DNA of 64,000 nt from Candidatus Hodarchaeum mangrovi (GTDB lineage: Archaea > Asgardarchaeota > Heimdallarchaeia > Hodarchaeales > Hodarchaeaceae). The notes below the pieces were generated by a model that saw only the letters and a list, made by a program, of their open reading frames with translations, did not search any database and was not told the DNA's origin. The stretch is from contig JAEOUE010000127.1 in assembly GCA_016839515.1 (NCBI GenBank), forward strand, positions 28,014 to 92,013, read 5' to 3'. Shown one piece after another: positions 40,543 to 49,900 of the stretch (position 1 is the first letter of the stretch; each line of letters begins with the position of its first letter). The position numbers and the translations under genes are program-made.

Positions 40543-41238
40543 ATGGATATCGCTCATGCATTAAAGGAAGCAAAAACATTAATAGTAGAAAAAAAAGTTG
40601 AACGAGCAACAGATATACTTAATAATGCATTAAATGCACTTAAAACACAACCCCCTTCTGATTTATCACAAAATGAACTGCTATTAATTGAGGGCGAGAT
40701 ACAAGAGGCTTTAGGAGATACAAAATCCGCAATGGGAAAAGATCAAGAAGCTCTGAGTCATCTATTAATGGCTATGACCCAATTAGAAACTTATGAATCT
40801 CAAGCAGGTATTGCTCCTAATGAACAACTCTTTAGAGTATTCAGAAAATTATCTGATGCCTTTAATCGTATTGGGCAACAATTTGAAGCTGAAAAATATC
40901 TGAGAAAAGCTGGAGAAACAAAATCAGGAATTTTGAAGACCGAAATAGCCAAACGATTGAGACAAGCAGGTTATAAAATTGCAGAAAATATCAAAGCAGT
41001 TGAAACAGAGGCCTCTCCTGTTGATATTATGGCAGAAAAAGGTGGCTTGTTAAAAAAGAATCGAATTGCTATTTGGTTTGCAATGGATGAATCTGAAGTT
41101 GACACAATCGCTTTTATTACAAAAGGTTATGCAAAATATGCTAAAGATCGGTATATCCTCCTTTTAATGGGACAAGCAACATTCCCGACTTTAGAAGGTG
41201 CTCGGATTGTTCACTCAATTGATGATATCAAATTTTAA
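40543..41238 (+). CDS. TPR protein with C-terminal restriction-endonuclease-like (Mrr-type) domain
   Basis: TPR helices followed by LRQAGYKI...PVDIMAEKGG...IAIW; catalytic ExK not evident. Confidence 0.65.
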   Translation: MDIAHALKEAKTLIVEKKVERATDILNNALNALKTQPPSDLSQNELLLIEGEIQEALGDTKSAMGKDQEALSHLLMAMTQLETYESQAGIAPNEQLFRVFRKLSDAFNRIGQQFEAEKYLRKAGETKSGILKTEIAKRLRQAGYKIAENIKAVETEASPVDIMAEKGGLLKKNRIAIWFAMDESEVDTIAFITKGYAKYAKDRYILLLMGQATFPTLEGARIVHSIDDIKF

Positions 41239-41298
41239 AATATTAAAAAAGAATTCTTTATTCATTCAAGAGAATAAAGAATAAAGAGAAAAAGAATA

Positions 41299-41862
41299 TT
41301 AGCGTGCTTGTTGAGCTTCAACATAGTCTAAATAAACATTTCCAAGCATATCAAAGGCTGCTGACACATTTAATCCAGTTTTTGCTGAAGTAGGCATATA
41401 TCGAACGGGAAAACCCTGGGCTTCTGTCTTATTTGACAAGTTGGCAGCAAATTCCTCTGCCTGACTATCAGTGACATGATTTGGGAATTGTTCACGCAGA
41501 TCAACCTTATTACCAAGCAGAACGACTGGTATCAACCCTTTTCCATTATGTTTGAAGATTTCATCAAGCCAATTTTCTAAATTGGTAAATGTATCAGGGC
41601 GAGTGACGTCAAAGATTAATAAAGCACCCAAACATCCGTAATAATAAACACTCCTAACAGTACCAAATCGTGGTTGACCTGCCAGATCCCAGATTTGAAA
41701 TTTAATGTTTTTTTCTCTAATTTGAGCTTCTTTCAAGGCGAAATCAGCGCCTATGGTCATCATGTAGTTACTACTGAATCCTTTGCCCAAATAACGTTCT
41801 CGTAATGCTGTTTTACCTACTGCCCCATCGCCTGCAAGGACAATTTTCATAAGGAAACTCAT
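41299..41862 (-). CDS. Rab-like small GTPase
   Basis: GDGAVGKT, TIGADF, WDLAGQ, NKVD, TSAK; no C-terminal prenylation Cys. Confidence 0.95.
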   Translation of the reverse strand: MSFLMKIVLAGDGAVGKTALRERYLGKGFSSNYMMTIGADFALKEAQIREKNIKFQIWDLAGQPRFGTVRSVYYYGCLGALLIFDVTRPDTFTNLENWLDEIFKHNGKGLIPVVLLGNKVDLREQFPNHVTDSQAEEFAANLSNKTEAQGFPVRYMPTSAKTGLNVSAAFDMLGNVYLDYVEAQQAR

Positions 41863-42119
41863 GATACAACCTCATTGTCTTTTCATATGATTTTGGTATT
41901 ATTCCTTTATATATTAGAATTTCGGTCGTTCTTGCCGTATTATTTACTGATAATGAATTAGTACTAATAAATGTTATTAATCTTTATTGTAAGAATTATG
42001 TCTAATAAATGTTTACCATCCATTACTGAAGGAATGACTTTATCTAATTTAAATTTATCAAATATTCCATTAATATTCTCATTGTAAACTATCCTTTGGG
42101 TTGACTTTCTTCTCAGAGA

Positions 42120-43040
42120 TTAGATTTGTTTGTGTACAAAAAGTGGATCCTCTTCCCATAATTCTAATGAAAGCTGAGTCCATCGAGTTTGAATCTTTCC
42201 CTGTTTCCGTGCAATCTCTGCTCCCATCCATATCCATTTTTTAGTAAGCAAGATAATTCGTGCTACACCCATGAATTCTAAAGGAGGAAGTGAAAGCAAC
42301 TCGTTTAACAGAGAATTAATAACTCGTTCATCAATTCGTTCTTCTTGAACAATAAACCAGACTAATTCCCCTGTTTTTTCATCAATTCCTATAAGATCAA
42401 TGGTCCCTGCAATAGGTGAAGGAATGATAGTGCTTAAAAAAGTGCATCCAAAAGCTTCATGATCAATGAGAGCCCTAAGTATAAGATCAACTCTTCTATT
42501 CTCTGCTCGTGTTATTAGGGAATTATGGATTGACCTAATTATAGCAGGTTTTCGTGCAAAAAGATCCCATAATAAACGCTTTTTATCAATTATTGCAACT
42601 GAAGGTCGATAAACGACATCTGCATGATACAAAAGGTCTACCAACTTCATTACAGTCAATTCTTCTAATTCGATGAGATCATTCACAAAATCTTTTTTTA
42701 AAATAACTTCTCCTATTGAATAAAACCATGTTCTTTTAATTTGCTCGACTGGTCTCTTATCAACAGATGTTCGACTTAATTGATAACCAAAAGCCAGTCC
42801 TAATTGATTTGCTCGTTCGACAGTCATCTCTGATATAACAGAACCGCATGAAGGACAGGAATATTCACCCTTAATACGTCCAAGTACGTCGTTACATAGA
42901 TATTTTTGTTGACAAGTCCTACAATAGTATATAATATCTAATGCTTGAGTTAATACGTTTTTCTCACGGATTTTGCTCTTACATAAATGACATGGACCAT
43001 CACAAACCACTCGAACGCCCCTTTGTGTCGTAATACTCAT
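42120..43040 (-). CDS. Zinc-finger protein with C-terminal NucS-like endonuclease fold, likely inactive
   Basis: CDGPCHLC, CRTC..YLC, CPSC; GTIDLIGID...LVWFIV without ExK. Confidence 0.6.
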   Translation of the reverse strand: MSITTQRGVRVVCDGPCHLCKSKIREKNVLTQALDIIYYCRTCQQKYLCNDVLGRIKGEYSCPSCGSVISEMTVERANQLGLAFGYQLSRTSVDKRPVEQIKRTWFYSIGEVILKKDFVNDLIELEELTVMKLVDLLYHADVVYRPSVAIIDKKRLLWDLFARKPAIIRSIHNSLITRAENRRVDLILRALIDHEAFGCTFLSTIIPSPIAGTIDLIGIDEKTGELVWFIVQEERIDERVINSLLNELLSLPPLEFMGVARIILLTKKWIWMGAEIARKQGKIQTRWTQLSLELWEEDPLFVHKQI

Positions 43041-43254
43041 ATGAAATCCCTAGGAGTTTTTACTTTGATTACTATATCTGAGTGAAACCAAACCGAATTT
43101 TATATTTAAGAAAATATCCTATTTGAAAAATTTAATGGTTCAAAAGAAAAAAGTTTAGAGTTAATTTTGGATATATTTTCACTGAAATCAAAAATTTTAG
43201 GGTGCTTAAAAATAAGAGTGTGAGAGGGATGAATGAAATTGAGATATTGAAGGA

Positions 43255-43848
43255 ATGAAGATGAAGGACAAACAGGATTCAATTCAAGAATTTTTAGATT
43301 TAAATCATAAAATATGGATTGTGGAGTTTGATTCAACAGATTTTATCTCATCCCTCCCCCAAATATTGGAAATTCCAAGTAAAATATTCCGACAAAAAGC
43401 TATTGAATATTTATGGACATTCTTACAAAAATTCTTACAAAATTCAACAATTGCTTTCATTTTACGTTCGGATGATTCAACAAAGGACAATTTAGCTTCC
43501 CAAGTTGACCTAGCTCTAATTGGATATTGGAATAATAAATATTATGGCATCCCATTATGGATTATGCAGGATCTTCTTTTAGGGTTTGAAATTATTGAAG
43601 AAGAGAAATTTATTATATTGGATAAGGAATCTTTATTCTTTATTGATTCATCAAACGACTATAAAACTTCTTTTAATGATAATGAAACACTTATTATAGT
43701 TGAAGAAAATATCTTTAAGAAGCAAAAAATGTTTCTGGAAATAAATAATAAAAATATCTTAATCACAGAATATTTTAACGAAATAGATTTCTTTGAACGA
43801 ATTGCTAGTACTGTGATTCCTGAAATCGATAATGATTTAGACCTGTGA
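43255..43848 (+). CDS. Acidic hypothetical protein
   Basis: 197-aa ORF filling the gap; no motif recognised. Confidence 0.6.
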   Translation: MKMKDKQDSIQEFLDLNHKIWIVEFDSTDFISSLPQILEIPSKIFRQKAIEYLWTFLQKFLQNSTIAFILRSDDSTKDNLASQVDLALIGYWNNKYYGIPLWIMQDLLLGFEIIEEEKFIILDKESLFFIDSSNDYKTSFNDNETLIIVEENIFKKQKMFLEINNKNILITEYFNEIDFFERIASTVIPEIDNDLDL

Positions 43849-43857
43849 GAATTGTTA

Positions 43858-44142
43858 TTAAAAAGTAATTTTAAAATCCTGATATTCCCTTTTACTAATA
43901 GTATTCCCCCAAATTTCTTCTGTTCCTGTGATTTGAGAAGCAGGTGATCCTTCCTCCTTTGCCCAACGAGCTAATTTTAAAAGTGATTCTTCAGGTCCTT
44001 CAGCAAAAATTTCAACACGACCGTCCCGTCGATTTTTTACATATCCTGTTAAATCAGAAAGTTTTTGAGCATACTCACGGGTATAAACCCTAAAAAACAC
44101 CCCATGCACACGACCTGAAACTAAAATCTTGACCGTTTTCAT
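43858..44142 (-). CDS. acyP: Acylphosphatase
   Basis: VSGRVHGVFFR, GYVKN..DGRVEI.AEG. Confidence 0.95.
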   Translation of the reverse strand: MKTVKILVSGRVHGVFFRVYTREYAQKLSDLTGYVKNRRDGRVEIFAEGPEESLLKLARWAKEEGSPASQITGTEEIWGNTISKREYQDFKITF

Positions 44143-44177
44143 TGACTATAGCTCCAAATACAATTGTAGATTTTCAG

Positions 44178-45260
44178 TTAATCAGCTCTGTCCCCAGAGA
44201 TAAATTCTTCGAATCTTTTAACAGCTTCTTGCTCACCAATATATACAGGGGGGTATTTGAATCCATAAGCAGAAACAGATAGTAATGGGCCGTCAATTCC
44301 ACGATTTAATGCAATTTTTGTGGCTCGAATTACATTTACTAGCGTCCCTGCAGCATTAGGTCCATCAGTTGTTTTAATAGTTATATCAATTTTAAAGGGA
44401 TGACCCAAAAAATAGCTACCATAAATCCAAAAATATCCTGTCCTTTCATTTTTAAGAAAATCAAGATAATCGGTAGTACCTGATGCAATATCATTATCTG
44501 TTAAATAAGGTAGTGTTCTTTTTATGCTATCTGTTTTGATTCGTCGTTTTTCCATTCTACGATCGTCGTGAAGTGTATTCATTCCTTCACTTCCACCCGA
44601 AACATCCAGTTGATATGTATTGCGAATTTTTGCCCCAAATGAATTTAACATTTCCAATAGTCCTTTGTGAATTCGTGTACCACCAAGTTGAGACTGTAAA
44701 TCATCCCCTACTACTGGCAAATTTGCTTTCTTAAATTTTCTTACCCATTGATCATCAGAACAAATTCTAGTTGGTGCAGCTTCAATAAAGGCTAGATCAG
44801 ATTTAATGGCAGCATTAGCATATGCAAAAGTTGCTTCATTTGCTCCTGAAGGTAACAATGATACCATCATATCTGCATCAATTTCTTTAATTTCTTTTAC
44901 GAGGTTTGAGTCAGGAATCGAAGAAATTTGAACAGTTTCAGCTAATAGATTTGAAATCCCATCAAGAACAGGTCCTTTTAGTACTTTAACACCTAGTTTC
45001 TTCTTAAAATCTACCAGACGAGGAGCTACATTAGGTTCAGCGAAAACTGCTTCTGAAAGGTCCTTCCCTACTTTCCCTTCAACTACATCAAATGCACCAA
45101 CAACTTCAATGTCATTAATTCTCATTCCACCGACTTGTTCATATTTTAAACCAGTTGTCTCATGTTCAGAGTAATATTTCAATGACTGAACAAAGGAAGA
45201 AGCGGCATTTCCGATACCAACTAATATAACTCTTGCTTTCGTCATGTTTTTTGCATCCAA
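44178..45260 (-). CDS. ino1: myo-Inositol-1-phosphate synthase
   Basis: GIGNAASSFVQ, GDDLQSQLGGT..H, QLDVSG, DGPNAAG, FKYPP. Confidence 0.92.
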   Translation of the reverse strand: MDAKNMTKARVILVGIGNAASSFVQSLKYYSEHETTGLKYEQVGGMRINDIEVVGAFDVVEGKVGKDLSEAVFAEPNVAPRLVDFKKKLGVKVLKGPVLDGISNLLAETVQISSIPDSNLVKEIKEIDADMMVSLLPSGANEATFAYANAAIKSDLAFIEAAPTRICSDDQWVRKFKKANLPVVGDDLQSQLGGTRIHKGLLEMLNSFGAKIRNTYQLDVSGGSEGMNTLHDDRRMEKRRIKTDSIKRTLPYLTDNDIASGTTDYLDFLKNERTGYFWIYGSYFLGHPFKIDITIKTTDGPNAAGTLVNVIRATKIALNRGIDGPLLSVSAYGFKYPPVYIGEQEAVKRFEEFISGDRAD

Positions 45261-45614
45261 ATAATATAATAAAATTCACTACAGAAAAAAGCGAATTAAG
45301 AAGTGATTAAGAACTTTTTTAGTTTACTTTTTAATCCTGCTTAATGAACATAAAAAATAATATTGTTAAAAATGATTAATTCTAAATGATTATAGCTATT
45401 TTATCAACGAAAATAAAAGCAAAACATTTATTTTAAAGATAAATTAATACTAATTAGAAAGAAAAGAATATATCAGGAATTGGGTTCTATTTTTAGCAAG
45501 TTTTTAAATTATATTCGGAGTATTTTGTTAGAATAGTTTAATAATATTGGAAGCAAAACTTCAAGTAGAAGCTGGTTCATGGTACATTAAACACAATGAG
45601 GAAGGACAACTCAA

Positions 45615-46337
45615 GTGGTCAGACTTTTCAAAAAGAAAACAGATGAAACAACACGTTCTTTCAAGTTTGAAGCTTCACTAAAACTTAAAGATTTATCTAT
45701 GGAAGAATATGCTCACATCACTTATGCTTTTCAAGTTGCTATGCTCCGTTTTGAGAGAATGTTAAAAGAATCTCTCCTAGAAAGTTATATAACTTCAACA
45801 ACATTGGAAAAAATATCCCAAGGCTTAAATTTGAATGAGATTAGAGAACTTAAAGTACCAGAAACTCCTACAATTGAGAAGGTATTCGGAGAAATCTCAG
45901 CTGCTAAACTCGCTCGTCATACTGAGCCTGTTCCTAAAGTAGTAACTAAAAAACTAGAAGAAGAAATTCCAGACATTCCAAAGGAGAAACCTCAGGTACA
46001 TGTTTCTAAATCAGCACCAGTCATTTCAAGTCAAAGTCCTGAACTCAGCACTCCTCCAAAGATAAGCTTCTCTTTTCCCACAGTACCTGATAAATCCGAA
46101 CCTGCCAACCTTCCTCAATCTGAGCCTGCTTCACTATCTCCCATAAAACCAGAAATTCCTTCAATTCCAAAAATTTCTTTTCCTAGTACAAGTAGTGGGA
46201 AACCAACCTCAAATCCCCTTGGAACAGTAGGACGACGTAAAGAAGATAGAGCCACAGGAATAGCAATCTTAAGAAAACAAATGTTAACCGAACTAAAGAA
46301 AATACGTTCCGTTGTATCTGAGACAGAGCAGCATTGA
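45615..46337 (+). CDS. Protein with folded N-terminus, Pro/Ser-rich linker and C-terminal amphipathic helix
   Basis: P/S/E/K-rich middle with repeated PKISF and SEPA; ends DRATGIAILRKQMLTELKKIRS. Confidence 0.75.
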   Translation: MVRLFKKKTDETTRSFKFEASLKLKDLSMEEYAHITYAFQVAMLRFERMLKESLLESYITSTTLEKISQGLNLNEIRELKVPETPTIEKVFGEISAAKLARHTEPVPKVVTKKLEEEIPDIPKEKPQVHVSKSAPVISSQSPELSTPPKISFSFPTVPDKSEPANLPQSEPASLSPIKPEIPSIPKISFPSTSSGKPTSNPLGTVGRRKEDRATGIAILRKQMLTELKKIRSVVSETEQH

Positions 46338-46986
46338 TTGCTTAGTTCAAATCACAAGATTTAATTTAAACCATCAGTTATTTTCATTCTCTTAAATTCG
46401 TCAATATCATGATCTAAAATCAGATTACATATTTAAATCGATTTCTAATAATCTAATGTCTTTTTTATACGAAGTATACAAAAAAATTAATCCTATTTTA
46501 ATAATCAATTATCCTTTTTTTATTGAGTACAAATATATTCATATCGTTAATTATTCTACTTAGTATAAATTATACTAATTCTTTCTTAAATAGCCTAAAA
46601 TTTGTTCTAATCCTAAAAAATATACCAGAGCTTTCTTTAATTTCCTAAAAATATAAAAAAAATATTATTTAATTCTTTTAAATCAGGGTAATTAAATTTA
46701 AATTATTTATTCAGCTTGAATTTTTTTAGATTCACCTTATATAAAATAAAACCCTAAAGTTTGTTTAATGCCGTATAAAGAAAGAAAATTGAAATTTGAG
46801 GTTAATTTTAGAATCAATACCTACGAAATTACCATATAAATCTGAAGGATTCAAATAAACATCATTTTGATCTTGGAAAAAAAAGAGTGAGAAATTCAGA
46901 TATTAAAAATTTCATTTTTCAGCTATTTCTAACTTAAACCAGAAAATGGATTTACTTCCCAACCCCGAGAATAGTACTCCAAATTT

Positions 46987-49900
46987 TTAATATTTCTTAT
47001 TTTTCTGAATGATTAACGAGACAGAAACTGCAATAATAGCTGAGATGGCTAATAATATCAATATTGAAAAAGTAGGGATGTAAAGATCCTTCAATTCAAG
47101 ATATCTAGTAATCTCATCACTTACGAATACATTTCCGCTATTATCTATTAATTCAATGTATATCTCACTTTTTCCTTCATTTAGAGAGTAAATGATAGAT
47201 TTCCATTTATTATTTTGGAAATTACATTCAGAAACAGTCCATTTATCTTGTTTAATAAAGACACGAGCACTTGAAATACCCCAATTGTCGAATGCTTTAA
47301 TCGAAATGGAAAGTATAGGAATATTCTCTTTTAATTCCTCAGAAATTATTATATCTTCAAGAGTTGGATTTTGGAGATCTTTTTGAATGTCTCCAGAAGT
47401 TGGATCCAATTTTAGACGAGTGTCTCCTAAAATTGTGGGAGTACTCAAGACTTCCCAGCTGTCATACATGCTAGAAAGACGAGCAGGTTTAACTAATGAC
47501 TGTCTAACATTATATGCCACAATTCCATATTGAACTACTGTCTTTCCTTTATTTAATTCTGGAAAGAAGAATACTACACCAAACGAAGTTTGTTTGAATA
47601 TTCCTTGGCTGGATTGAACAGTTGTAGGTTCAACTTGGAATCCAGATGGGAGAAAGTCTTCGAGCATAAGGTAATTCTGCGTATCCTGAGTATTTTCAAT
47701 TGTTAAAATGACCACTACCATATCACCCTTTTGGTAGGACGATATTTGAGAGTAATCTCTCTCTATAGACAATCCATTAGTATCATTAATTGTTTTTGAA
47801 CTGAAAAAAACTTGGGGAATTTCTTTTGGTATTGAACCTTTATTTAATGATAACACACCTTCAGTAAACTCTTTGACATCTAGTAAAACTGGCCCATATC
47901 TTCGGGAGATTATTGCAGGGGAAAATATTTCCTGATCCTGATTAGATAATCTATATGAGATATCAAATCCAGGTATAAAGTATAACCCTGGAATAGAAGG
48001 AGCATTATAATTAAAGTTAATAGTGGTTGAATGAGCAAGGAATGAAATCGTTTGTGGTAGATTAGGAACAGGAACTATATCCCCAGCTATAGGTACAAGC
48101 TTTAGATCTACAGAATATATCTTTTCAGAGCTTGGAATAAGAGAAATTGGAATTACAACATCCTGACCTGATTGGGCTGTTATTGTTTCAGGTATTGTAA
48201 TAATAGGTAACTTTCGAAGAATTTGTACACCTTGGAAATAATATGTAACATTTCCAATTCCACTCTTTAATAATTGGATAGTATTATTACCATTCTGGAA
48301 TAAATCATCAAGTCGAAGGTAATAATTCGGTTGATTTCCAATCGAAAGGTCAATATTTTGAATTTCATTGCCATTTATAACTAAAGTAACTGTGACATCT
48401 TCATTGGAGCTTATACTACTCGATGTGATTGAGAGGATGCTTGAAATTGCTGCTGAAGTATCAGCTGTGTTTCCCCATCCATACCAATTTTGGTACTGAA
48501 GAATCCAACCTAATGCACCACGGATAATTGAAACTGATGCCGATAGATCCAATTTAACTAGAGCTTCGAGGGCTAGTGAAGTTACTTCAACATCACCACC
48601 CAAAGATCTCCACCAATAATTTTCTTCTGTAGCATAGGTCCAATAATAACCTTCGTTCGAGATTTTTACATTGTTTTTTAAGAAAGTAATTAACTGAGTC
48701 TCAAATCCTGTTGTACTATAACCTGTGGACGCTATATTTGTTAAATAAAGGCCTGCCAAGTAATTTGATTGCATTTGTCCTTGATTCCATGTATTTTGGA
48801 TAAAACTAACCCCATTTTCGATGGTAGTAGAATAATCAGCAATTGAATCCCAATAAACAAAGGCACGAAGAACGAAAGCTGTATAAGATGCCTTGTCAAT
48901 ATTTCTCCAAGAATCTACAGTCCAGCTTCCATCATAATTTTGATGAATTTTTAGAAATTCCAGTGCTGCTTTAATAACAGTTAAGTCCAAATGAAAATCT
49001 GAATTATTTACAACTCCTAATCCATAAAGAACGATACTGGTCATATAAATTCGTGAAGTATCATCATGCCACCAACCCCATCCACCATCAGAATGCTGCT
49101 GGCTATAGAGACGAGAAATTCCAGATAAAATCATATCATTAATAAGCTCTTCAGTATCATTTGTTAATGATCCAGCTTCTCTTAAATATTGTAATATAAG
49201 TGCATTAGGAATTAATCGTGAGATCGTTTGTTCCGTACAGCCATATGGGTATCCAATTAACCTCTCCCATGAAGAGAGAGCAATGGAACCAAGTCCAAGA
49301 TCAAGTTGAAGGAATTCTTTTGAGGAAATTGCTTCTTCATATTTTGAATAAAAAAAGACAGGAGAAGAAGAAATGAATCCACTTTGTTGTACAATTTCTT
49401 GAACTCCATTTGGTGTTACTTCATGAGACTTTCGTATAGCATCAAAATGCAAAATGCCATCCAAAGTCGTTGTTTCAGCTGATATAGTGACATTATGATA
49501 ACCTGGTTCATTTGCAAGACAAGCCCATCCAATGGATCCAAGAAAACCCCCAGGAAGCCTTAAAAGTTGTCTATCCTTACTTAAAACAATTATTCCTTCT
49601 CCCACCTCTATTTTGAGATTAATATCAAGGAGCTCATCTAGATAATTATAGACTATACCTCTAATAACGAAAATATCATCCTGAAGGACATATGGGTCTT
49701 TATCAATTTCAACGAAAAATGGCAAAAATGTGTTAAATGTATATTTCGCTAATTGACCGTTTCCAGATTGAGTTGTAGCTATGACTCGGACAGTCCATTC
49801 TCCAATATTATCAGGGAGAGTAATTGTTTCCGACCATTGACCACTAATTAAAACTATCTGAGGTTTCCAGTAAGCATTTTCTGGTAGATTATCACGAATT

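Noticed and set aside
43106-43336. 76-aa minus-strand ORF
   Set aside because: Overlaps the start of 43255..43848 on the other strand in a divergent promoter region; low-information sequence.
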